64,000 nt of DNA from Frankiales bacterium (GTDB taxonomy: Bacteria; Actinomycetota; Actinomycetes; Mycobacteriales; SCTD01): the NCBI GenBank assembly GCA_025965475.1, contig JAOPWV010000147.1:3617-67616 (forward strand). Direction: 5' to 3'. Below, in pieces: positions 44,687 through 52,442 of the stretch. The notes below the pieces were generated by a model. It was not told the origin of the DNA, made no database searches, and was given only the letters and a program-made list of their open reading frames with translations. The first letter of the stretch is position 1. Every line of letters begins with the position of its first letter. The position numbers and the translations under genes are program-made.

Positions 44687-46978
44687 CTACACGACCGCCC
44701 CGGAGTCCTGCGGCACTCTCGCAGGCCCCCGTCCGGACGGGCGAGAGGGGCCGGAGGCGCGCTTGGGCATGGGCGGCGGCGACGAGCTGTGACGGTCGAA
44801 CGCGAGCAGCAGCGGGGTCGCCGTGAACGCGGACGAGTACGTGCCGACGACCAGGCCGAGGAGCAGCGCGAAGGCGAAGTCGGTGAGCGAGTCGCCACCG
44901 AGCACGGTCAGCGCGGCCAGGATGAACATGGCCCCGATCCCGGTGTTGATCGTGCGCGGCGCCGTCTGCAGGATCGCCTCGTTCGCAACCTCGGCCAGCG
45001 GCGCGGTGCGCTTGCCCGCCCAGGTCTCCCGGATCCTGTCCAGCGTCACGATGCTGTCGTTCACCGAGACGCCGATGATCGTCAGCGTCGCGGCCAGGAA
45101 CACGCCGTCGATCGGCCTGCCCAGCCAGGCGAACACCCCCAGCACGATGAGGACGTCGTGCAGCATCGCGAGGACGGCCGCCGCCCCGAAGCTCCAGCGG
45201 AACCGCACCGCGAGGTAGGCGAGCTGGGCCGCGAGCGCGACGGCCAGGGCGATCAACGCCTTCTGTCGCAGCTCGTCACCCAGGGTCGGGCCGACCAGCT
45301 CGTCGCGCAGCTTGGTCACGGATCCGCCGCCGGCCTGCAGCGCCTCCTGGATGCGGACCTGCTGGTCGTTGGAGATCTGGCCGGTCCGGACGGTGATGTC
45401 GTCGTCACCGGACTGCTGCACGACGGCGCGCGGGAAGCCGGCCTGGGCGACCGCCGCCCGGGCCTGCTCGACCGGGACGGTCGTGCTGGTGGAGTACTCC
45501 ACCAGCCGGCCGCCGGTGAACTCCACGCCGAAGTTCAGCCCGCGCACCGCGATGCCCGAGGTCGCGAGGACGACGGCGACGGCGGAGATCGCGAGCCACC
45601 GGCGCCGGTGGCGCATGAGGTCCGGGCTGCGGCGGATCAGCCAGTTGCGGAAGCGCCCGAGCGTGGCCAGGCCGGTCAGTCCCGGCCGCTTCAGGACGGG
45701 GCCGCGGGCCATCGCGGTCTCCGTCAGGACCCGGCAGACCACCAGCGCCGACACCATGGACGCGAGCACGCCGATGCACAGCGTCACGGCGAAGCCGCGC
45801 ACCGGACCGGAGGCGAACAGGAACAGCAGACCGGCGGCGATCAGCGTCGTGACGTTCGAGTCGGCGATGGCGCTCCATGCCTTGGTGAACCCGTTCTGCA
45901 ACGCACCGCGCAGGCCCCGCGGGTGACCGGCGGCCTGCTCCTCCCTGGCCCGTTCGAACACCAGCACGTTTGCGTCGATGGCCAGGCCGGCCGACAGCAG
46001 CAGTCCGGCGAGGCCGGGCAGGGTCAGCGTCGCCCCGAGCGCGACGAGCGCGCCGTACGAGATCAGGCCGTACGACGCGAGCCCGACCGCGGCCAGCAAC
46101 CCGACGAGCCGGTAGACGACGATCAGGAACAGCGCGGTGAGGGTCAGGCCGATCAGGGCCGCCTTGCCGCTGGCGTCGATCGCGTCGGCGCCGAGGGTCG
46201 GACCCACGGTCCGCTGCTCGAGCACCTCCACCGGAACCGGCAGCGCGCCGCCCTTGATGAGCACCGAGAGGTCCTCCGCCTCCTGGGCCGTGAAGGTGCC
46301 GGTGATCGACGTACGGCCGCCGACGATGCCGACACCGCACTGCACGGACGGGTCGACCTGCGGGGAGGAGATGACCTTGCCGTCGAGGACGATCGCCACC
46401 CGGCGGGCCGGATCGCCGGGCGGTGCGCACGCGGCGTTGGCGGTCAGCGTGCTCCAGGCCCGGTCCCCCGTACCGGTGAAGTCGACGCCGACGTAGCGGC
46501 TCGCCCCGAACTCGTCGAGCGACGAGGCGGCGTCCTTCACCCCGTCGCCGGTCAGGGCGGTCGGACCGAGGCGCAGCGGCTGACCGCTCTCGTCCGTGCT
46601 CGCCTTCCCCTGCCCGACCGGGGCGTCCGCCGCGAGCACCGTGTGGAAGGTCAGCTCGGCTGTCTGACCGATGACCTTCGCCGCCTCACGCGGGTCCTGC
46701 ACGCCGGGCAGCTCGACGATGATCCGCCGGTCACCGGAACGGGCCAGCGTCGGCTCGGAGACGCCGAGCGCGTCGACCCTCTTGCGCAGCACCTCCAGGG
46801 CCCGGTCGGTCGACCGACTGTCCGCCTTCGTGGTGGACGAGTCCTTGGTCTGCAGCACGATCTGAGTTCCCCCGCGCAGGTCGAGCCCGAGGCGCGGAGG
46901 GGTGGTCAAGGTGAAGTAGGCGGACAGGACGAGGACGACGAGCGCCAGCAGGGCGCGCGCCAGCGAGGCACGGGACAA
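44687..46978 (-). CDS. secDF: Fused protein translocase subunit SecDF
   Basis: 763 aa. SecD part (LGLDLRGGTQIVL, GVSEPTLARSG, 6 TM with DANVLVFER) continues into a SecF part (LNFGVEFTGG, TLHDVLIVLGVFAW, SVNDSIVTLDRIRE). Confidence 0.88.
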   Translation of the reverse strand: MSRASLARALLALVVLVLSAYFTLTTPPRLGLDLRGGTQIVLQTKDSSTTKADSRSTDRALEVLRKRVDALGVSEPTLARSGDRRIIVELPGVQDPREAAKVIGQTAELTFHTVLAADAPVGQGKASTDESGQPLRLGPTALTGDGVKDAASSLDEFGASRYVGVDFTGTGDRAWSTLTANAACAPPGDPARRVAIVLDGKVISSPQVDPSVQCGVGIVGGRTSITGTFTAQEAEDLSVLIKGGALPVPVEVLEQRTVGPTLGADAIDASGKAALIGLTLTALFLIVVYRLVGLLAAVGLASYGLISYGALVALGATLTLPGLAGLLLSAGLAIDANVLVFERAREEQAAGHPRGLRGALQNGFTKAWSAIADSNVTTLIAAGLLFLFASGPVRGFAVTLCIGVLASMVSALVVCRVLTETAMARGPVLKRPGLTGLATLGRFRNWLIRRSPDLMRHRRRWLAISAVAVVLATSGIAVRGLNFGVEFTGGRLVEYSTSTTVPVEQARAAVAQAGFPRAVVQQSGDDDITVRTGQISNDQQVRIQEALQAGGGSVTKLRDELVGPTLGDELRQKALIALAVALAAQLAYLAVRFRWSFGAAAVLAMLHDVLIVLGVFAWLGRPIDGVFLAATLTIIGVSVNDSIVTLDRIRETWAGKRTAPLAEVANEAILQTAPRTINTGIGAMFILAALTVLGGDSLTDFAFALLLGLVVGTYSSAFTATPLLLAFDRHSSSPPPMPKRASGPSRPSGRGPARVPQDSGAVV

Positions 46979-47051
46979 CGGGGTTCTCCAACAGGTGACG
47001 CCGCCGGGGCTGCCTGGGGCAACCGCTCGCGGCGGCGGAGGGCAGGGACGC

Positions 47052-47438
47052 TCAGGTGCCTGTTGGAGCTGGGGGTGACCGGCCGGTCGGCGCTCCGACG
47101 GCCGAGGTGGCGCAGGTCGCGGTCGGCGGACGGGGCCGCTCGACGAGGAGCAGGACCGGCGGGCGGAGCGGCGCGTTGCCCGCAGGGGTGCTGTCGGCGG
47201 ACACGGAGCCCGCGGAGGCGGCCGGCTGCACGGGACGGTGCTTGTCCTGGGTACGGACGGCGCCGGGCGAGGTCCGGACCGCGCCGGTCACGGTGGGGCC
47301 GACCAGTCGGGTGACCGACGAGGCGGTCGGGAACGACGCCGAGCCCGCGCCCGCCCCGTGCACGGTGGGGCTGATCACCGCCAGGACGGCGATGACGAGG
47401 AAGAGAAGCCGCCGGGGCAGCCGGACCGGCGGCATCAC
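47052..47438 (-). CDS. Small secreted/anchored Pro/Ala-rich protein (hypothetical)
   Basis: N-terminal signal-like RLPRRLLFLVIAVLAVISPTVHG. High GC3 over most of its length. Starts 6 nt after the prfC stop and ends 73 nt before secDF. Confidence 0.5.
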   Translation of the reverse strand: MMPPVRLPRRLLFLVIAVLAVISPTVHGAGAGSASFPTASSVTRLVGPTVTGAVRTSPGAVRTQDKHRPVQPAASAGSVSADSTPAGNAPLRPPVLLLVERPRPPTATCATSAVGAPTGRSPPAPTGT

Positions 47439-47444
47439 GGTCGC

Positions 47445-49046
47445 CTAGGTTCCCGTGTCCGCTGCGGCGACGAGCGGCTCGAGGACGGCCTCGGGGTGGT
47501 CGCGGAGCACCCGGTTCAGCCGCCAGGTGCCGGCGAACAGCGCGAGCAGCGCCCCGTCGCCACGCTCGAGCACTTCGACCCCGCTCTCGCGGTCGAGCAC
47601 CTTCGCCCATTCGCGGTCGGTCTGCCGGGCCAGCGTGTACTCCAGTCGGTCCATGCGCACCGGGGCGTTGAACTCGTTCGCCATCCGGTGGGTGGCCACC
47701 TCGAACTGCATCGGGCCGACGGCGGCGAGCACCGGTGCCTGGTCGCCGCGCAGGTTGGAGCGCAGGACCTGCACGACGCCCTCCTGCTCGAGCTGCTCCA
47801 CGCCGCGACGGAACTGCTTGTAGCGGCCGGAGTCCTCGGCGCGTACGACGGCGAAGTGCTCCGGCGCGAAGCTCGGGATCGGCGGGAAGGTGACGGGGTC
47901 CTCGACGTACAGGCTGTCGCCGACGCGCAGGGAGCTCGCGTTGACCAGCCCCACGACGTCGCCTGGGTAGGCGAGGTCCACCGTCGATCGCTCCCGGCCG
48001 AAGACCTGCTGGGCGTACTTGGTGGCGAACGGCTTGCCCGTCGCGGAGTGCGTCACGACGGAGCCGCGCTCGAAGACGCCCGAGCACACCCGGACGAAGG
48101 CGAGGCGGTCGCGGTGCGCCGAGTCCATGCCGGCCTGCACCTTGAAGACGAAGGCACTGAAGGGCTTCTCGAGCGCGCGCGGTTCACCGTCCACGTCGGG
48201 ACGCGGGCCGGGCGGCGGCGCAAGCTCGAGCAGCGTGTCGAGCAGCTGCCGTACGCCGAAGTTCAGGACCGCCGAGCCGAACAGCACCGGCGTGGTCTTG
48301 CCCTCGAGGAAACCCTGCTGATCGTGCGTCTGGCCGGTGGCCTCGAGCAGCTCACTCTCCTCGACCGCGGTCCGCCAGGCGTCGCCCTCGCTGGCCTCGG
48401 CCTGCTCGGCGGTCAGGTGCTGCTCCGGCGCGACGGTGGCCCCGCCGGCCGTGCGGGTGAACTTGACGAACTCACCGGTCCGCCGGTCGAGCACGCCGCG
48501 GAAGTCACCGGCGTAGCCCACCGGCCAGGTCAGCGGCGTCGGCTGCAGGCCGGTGCGCTCCTGGACCTCGTCCATCAGCTCGAGGGCGTCCTTGCCGGGC
48601 CGGTCCCACTTGTTGATGACCGTCAGCACCGGGATGCCGCGGTGGCGGCAGACCTCGAACAGCTTGAGCGTCTGCGGCTCCATGCCCTTCGCCGCGTCCA
48701 CGAGCATCACGGCGCTGTCGACCGCGGCGAGCACCCGGTAGGTGTCCTCCGAGAAGTCCGCGTGGCCAGGGGTGTCGACGAGGTTGATCACCGCGTCGCC
48801 GTACGAGAACTGCAGCGCCGCCGAGCTGATCGAGATGCCACGAGCCTTCTCGATGTCCATCCAGTCCGAGACCGTGCTCTTGCGACCGGCCTTGCCGTGG
48901 ATGGCGCCGGCCTCGTTGATGACCCGGGCGTGCAGCGCGAGCGCCTCGGTCAGGGTCGACTTGCCTGCGTCCGGGTGGCTGATCACGGCGAAGGTGCGGC
49001 GCCGGGCAGCCTCCTGCCCGGCAGGCAGTCCGGCGGGGGCAGTCAC
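47445..49046 (-). CDS. prfC: Peptide chain release factor 3
   Basis: RRRTFAVISHPDAGKSTLTEALAL, DWMDIEKARGISI, LVDTPGHADF, INKWDR. 533 aa, GTG start. Confidence 0.92.
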   Translation of the reverse strand: MTAPAGLPAGQEAARRRTFAVISHPDAGKSTLTEALALHARVINEAGAIHGKAGRKSTVSDWMDIEKARGISISSAALQFSYGDAVINLVDTPGHADFSEDTYRVLAAVDSAVMLVDAAKGMEPQTLKLFEVCRHRGIPVLTVINKWDRPGKDALELMDEVQERTGLQPTPLTWPVGYAGDFRGVLDRRTGEFVKFTRTAGGATVAPEQHLTAEQAEASEGDAWRTAVEESELLEATGQTHDQQGFLEGKTTPVLFGSAVLNFGVRQLLDTLLELAPPPGPRPDVDGEPRALEKPFSAFVFKVQAGMDSAHRDRLAFVRVCSGVFERGSVVTHSATGKPFATKYAQQVFGRERSTVDLAYPGDVVGLVNASSLRVGDSLYVEDPVTFPPIPSFAPEHFAVVRAEDSGRYKQFRRGVEQLEQEGVVQVLRSNLRGDQAPVLAAVGPMQFEVATHRMANEFNAPVRMDRLEYTLARQTDREWAKVLDRESGVEVLERGDGALLALFAGTWRLNRVLRDHPEAVLEPLVAAADTGT

Positions 49047-49070
49047 ACGCCCCAGGCTACCTGCGGACGG

Positions 49071-49316
49071 TCACCCGCCCTCCCCCCCGAGGCGCTGCCG
49101 CAGCTCCTCGCGCCGGGCTTCCAGCTCGGCGATGAACGCCTCCAGCTCCTCGGCCTCGGTCAGCGCCGTGGCCACGTCCACCTCGTCGCCAGGCGCATCG
49201 GCCCGCTCACCGATGCGCCGGCGGAGCTCCGCGGCGTCCTTGCGCAGCTGCGCCAGGTTCTCCTCGAGCTCGCGGAGCTCGTCGCGCAGGTCCGGCTCGG
49301 ACTCGGCACCGGTCAC
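49071..49316 (-). CDS. Small acidic coiled-coil protein (hypothetical)
   Basis: EPDLRDELRELEENLAQLRKDAAELRRRI...EAFIAELEARREELRQRL. GTG 49316 has GGAGG 7 nt upstream. Confidence 0.55.
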   Translation of the reverse strand: MTGAESEPDLRDELRELEENLAQLRKDAAELRRRIGERADAPGDEVDVATALTEAEELEAFIAELEARREELRQRLGGEGG

Positions 49317-49429
49317 GAGCACACCTCCAGGTCCGGCCGGAATGCGTGTCGGGCGGGTTCATGGTCACCCGGGCAGCGGGCCGGCACAAGCGTCGCCACC
49401 CAGCGGGCGAACCGGTTGTCGGCGGCACC

Positions 49430-49457
49430 GGACAGGGCGGCGGCGGCGATCTACAGT
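49430..49457 (+). promoter_or_regulatory. Candidate promoter giving a leaderless nfeD-SPFH transcript
   Basis: GGACAG-N16-TACAGT, with the -10 hexamer ending 6 nt before the GTG at 49464. No Shine-Dalgarno in between. Confidence 0.3.
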
Positions 49458-49463
49458 GCGCCT

Positions 49464-49901
49464 GTGACGCCCTGGGTGGTCTGGCTCGTGGCGGCGGCAG
49501 GACTCGCCGTCGCGGAGGTCATCACCCTGACGTTCGTCCTCGGACTGCTGGCGATCGCCGCGGTCCTCGCCTCGGTGGTCGCCCTCGCCGGGGTTCCGGT
49601 TGCGGCCCAGATCGCCGTGTTCGCCGCGGCCGGCGCCGGCCTCGCGTTCGGCGTCGCCCCGATCGCCCGCCGCCATCTGCGGACACCGACCACCCTCCGG
49701 ACCGGCGTCGCCGCCCTCGAGGGGCGCAAGGTCACGGTGACCGAGGACGTGACGGCACGGGGCGGCCGCGTCAAGGTCGGCGGCGAGTCCTGGGCCGCCC
49801 GCGCGCTCGACCCGACCCGGGAGATCCCGGCCGGTACGTCGGTGTCCGTCGCGAAGGTCGACGGCGCCACCCTCGTCGTCTACGACACGGAGTCCCTGTG
49901 A
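49464..49901 (+). CDS. NfeD family membrane protein
   Basis: Three N-terminal TM segments plus a C-terminal OB-fold: LEGRKVTVTEDVTARGGRVKVGGESWAARA...GTSVSVAKVDGATLVV. Confidence 0.8.
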   Translation: MTPWVVWLVAAAGLAVAEVITLTFVLGLLAIAAVLASVVALAGVPVAAQIAVFAAAGAGLAFGVAPIARRHLRTPTTLRTGVAALEGRKVTVTEDVTARGGRVKVGGESWAARALDPTREIPAGTSVSVAKVDGATLVVYDTESL

Positions 49902-50872
49902 CCGCCCTCATCGTCGCCGTCGCCCTCGCGGTCGTGGTGCTCGCCGTCCTGTCCCGCACGGTGCGGATCGTCCCGCAGGCCACCGCCCGGGTGGTCGAGC
50001 GGCTCGGCCGCTACCAGCGCACCCTGGAACCGGGACTGGCCCTCGTCCTGCCATTCGTCGACCGGCTGCGCTCGAGCATCGACCTGCGCGAACAGGTCGT
50101 CACCTTCCCGCCCCAGTCGGTGATCACGAAGGACAACCTCGTCGTCGGCATCGACACGGTCATCTACTTCCAGGTCACCGACCCGCGGGCCGCGACGTAC
50201 GAGATCGCCAACTTCATCCAGGCCATCGAGCAGCTGTCCGTCACGACGCTGCGCAACGCGATCGGCAACCTGCAGCTCGAGGAGACCCTCACCAGCCGGG
50301 ACTCGATCAACAGCCAGCTGGGCGCGGTGCTCGACGAGGCCACCGGCAAATGGGGCATCAAGGTCAACCGCGTCGAGCTCAAGGCGATCGAACCGCCCCC
50401 GTCGATCAAGGACTCGATGGAGAAGTCCATGCGCGCGGACCGGGACAAGCGCGCCGCGATCCTGACCGCCGAGGGCGAGAAGTCGGCGGCCATCCTGACC
50501 GCCGAGGGCATGAAGCAGTCGCAGATCCTGCGCGCCCAGGGTGACGCCCAGGCGGCCGTCCTGCGGGCCGAGGGCGAGGCCAAGGCGATCCAGACCGTCT
50601 ACGCCGCGCTGCACCAGGCCGACATCACCGACCGGATGCTGGCCTACAAGTACATCGAGCAGCTGCCGGACATCGCCTCCGGCGAGGCGAACAAGGTGTG
50701 GTTCCTGCCGAGCGACGTGCCGCACGCCGTCGCCCAGGGGCTGGCCGCGGCGGTCCGCGCCACGCAGCCGGAGACCGGTCAGTCGCAGGCCGGTCCGCCG
50801 CCGCCGGCCGCGCTGCCGCCGACAGCCGTGCCCGCCGTGCCCGCCGCGCCTACGACGCAGGCGGGGGCCTAG
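49898..50872 (+). CDS. SPFH/band-7 (stomatin-like) protein
   Basis: RIVPQATARVVERLGRYQRTLEPGL, TKDNLVVGIDTVIYFQVTDP, LRNAIGNLQLEETLTSRD, GIKVNRVELKAIEPP. The GTG overlaps the nfeD stop. Confidence 0.88.
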   Translation: MTALIVAVALAVVVLAVLSRTVRIVPQATARVVERLGRYQRTLEPGLALVLPFVDRLRSSIDLREQVVTFPPQSVITKDNLVVGIDTVIYFQVTDPRAATYEIANFIQAIEQLSVTTLRNAIGNLQLEETLTSRDSINSQLGAVLDEATGKWGIKVNRVELKAIEPPPSIKDSMEKSMRADRDKRAAILTAEGEKSAAILTAEGMKQSQILRAQGDAQAAVLRAEGEAKAIQTVYAALHQADITDRMLAYKYIEQLPDIASGEANKVWFLPSDVPHAVAQGLAAAVRATQPETGQSQAGPPPPAALPPTAVPAVPAAPTTQAGA

Positions 50873-51033
50873 TCCTCGGCGTCCTTGCGCGGCCCGCGCC
50901 CGCCGGCGCGTTCCTCCTGCTCGCGGAGCCGGCGCACGTTCCTGCGCTCCTGCACCACGAACGCCGCCACCACGAGCAGCGGCACGAGGACCGTCGCGGC
51001 CTCGGGCAGCCCGCCGCCATGCGCAAGCACCAT
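50869..51033 (-). CDS. 54-aa small membrane protein (hypothetical)
   Basis: MVLAHGGGLPEAATVLVPLLVVAAFVVQERRNVRRLREQEERAGGRGPRKDAED. High GC3, one TM segment plus a basic/acidic tail. 51 nt downstream of the PucR gene. Its stop shares CTAG with the SPFH stop. Below the ORF-track cutoff. Confidence 0.45.
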   Translation of the reverse strand: MVLAHGGGLPEAATVLVPLLVVAAFVVQERRNVRRLREQEERAGGRGPRKDAED

Positions 51034-51084
51034 GGCTCAGACAGTAAGGCGCCTGTTCCGTTCCCCGCGAGCCAGGCCGGCCGC

Positions 51085-52242
51085 TCAGTCGAGGCCGACG
51101 CGCCCGAGCACCAGGGCCAGGCGGACCACCTGCGCGTCGCGGGCCTGCGTCAGGTCCCGGCCGACCGTCTCGGCGATCTTGCGCAGGCGGTAGCGCACGG
51201 TGTTGGGGTGGAGGAACAGCCGGCGCGCGGTCGCCTCCACGGCACCGCCCTCCTCCAGGTACGCCGACGCGGTCAGCAGCAGGTCGCCCCCGGCGGCGAG
51301 CAGCGGAGCGTGCACCTCCTGGAGCAGGCGCCGGCGGGCGGTCTCGTCGCCGACCACGGTCCGCTCGGCGAGCAACTCCGACGACGCCACCGGACGCGGG
51401 GCCTCCGGCCAGGCGACGACGGCGGTCAGAGCCGCGCGTGCCTCCTGGATCGAGGCCGGGACCTCGGCCAGGTCGGCGACCACCGGGCCGGTGACCACGG
51501 GACCCGGCGGGAAACCGCCGGCCACCTGGGTGACGCTGCGTTCCCGCGAGCCGTCGCCGCCGACGACGACCAGCAGCTGCCCGCCGTACTCCCCGGCGAG
51601 CAGGCACAGGCCGGTACGGCGACCGGCGGCGCGCAGGTCGGCGACCTGCCCGTCGTCGCCGTCAGGCAGGCTGCCGGCCAGCACGACGACCCAGGCCGGC
51701 CGGGTCCAGCCGAGCGCGGCCGCGCGGGTCTGCACCGCCTCGCCCACGTCGCCGCGCAGGAGCGCGTCGACGACGCCCGCCTCGGTCCGAGCGTCCCAGG
51801 CCCCACGCTCCTCGGCGGCCGCGGCGTAGACCTCCGCCGCCGCGAAGGCCACTTCCCGGGAGTAGCGCAGCACCGCGTGCTCGAGCGCGTCCGCCTCGCC
51901 GGGGGCGGCGATCGACGGGATGGCCGTCTCGAGCACCTCCACGGTCGCCCGGATCAGCTGCACCGTCTGCTGCAGGGTCACGGCGCGGGCCAGCGCGCGC
52001 GGCGCGACGGAGAAGATGCCGGGGTCGGCCTTCGGCGACCGGGTCGGGTCGCGCAGCCAGGCGGCGAACTCGTCCAGCGCGGCTTGGACCACGAGGCCGA
52101 CGTAGGAGCGCTCGTCCGGCGGCAGGGACACGAACCACGGAAGCGTCGCCATCCGCGACACCGCGTCGGTCGTCAGCCGCGCGGACGCGCGACGCAGTCT
52201 CTCTGGGGTCGAGAGGCCAGCCACAGATGCAGCATGCCGCAC
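51085..52242 (-). CDS. PucR/CdaR-family transcriptional regulator (MabR/FasR-like, divergent from the FAS-II operon)
   Basis: C-terminal HTH LFLHPNTVRYRLRKIAETVGRDL. Sits divergently upstream of fabD, as Rv2242 (MabR) and S. coelicolor FasR do. Confidence 0.8.
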   Translation of the reverse strand: MRHAASVAGLSTPERLRRASARLTTDAVSRMATLPWFVSLPPDERSYVGLVVQAALDEFAAWLRDPTRSPKADPGIFSVAPRALARAVTLQQTVQLIRATVEVLETAIPSIAAPGEADALEHAVLRYSREVAFAAAEVYAAAAEERGAWDARTEAGVVDALLRGDVGEAVQTRAAALGWTRPAWVVVLAGSLPDGDDGQVADLRAAGRRTGLCLLAGEYGGQLLVVVGGDGSRERSVTQVAGGFPPGPVVTGPVVADLAEVPASIQEARAALTAVVAWPEAPRPVASSELLAERTVVGDETARRRLLQEVHAPLLAAGGDLLLTASAYLEEGGAVEATARRLFLHPNTVRYRLRKIAETVGRDLTQARDAQVVRLALVLGRVGLD

Positions 52243-52370
52243 AAAGGCCAGACGTGCACGACCGGGGTCTCAGCCCTGTGTGTGGCGTGTTTTCAGGCTT
52301 CTCAGGCGTCTTTGTGACGCGGATCTCTTTTCTCCCCGCTCGCCCCGACGCGCTCCGTTTGGAGGTTTCT

Positions 52371-52396
52371 CACAACGATCCGTCTTGATCGTCGTG
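52371..52396. promoter_or_regulatory. Inverted repeat in the pucR/fabD intergenic region (candidate operator)
   Basis: CACAACGATC-cgtctt-GATCGTCGTG (9 of 10 complementary), 47 nt upstream of the fabD GTG in a visibly AT-richer 200-bp spacer. Confidence 0.4.
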
Positions 52397-52442
52397 CGGT
52401 TCGGGTCCCGCCTATCCGACCCGGGCCGGGGAGAGTCGTCTC

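Noticed and set aside
49326-49345. SRP-RNA-like string CCAGGTCCGGCCGGAA.
   Set aside because: It lacks the conserved GGAAGCAGCC continuation and any helix-8 symmetric loop context, and sits in a promoter spacer.
52397-52432. tRNA T-arm-like GGTTCGGGTCCCGCC upstream of fabD.
   Set aside because: The flanks do not form acceptor, D or anticodon arms. It is better explained as a simple CGGGTC-N10-GACCCG hairpin in the fabD leader.
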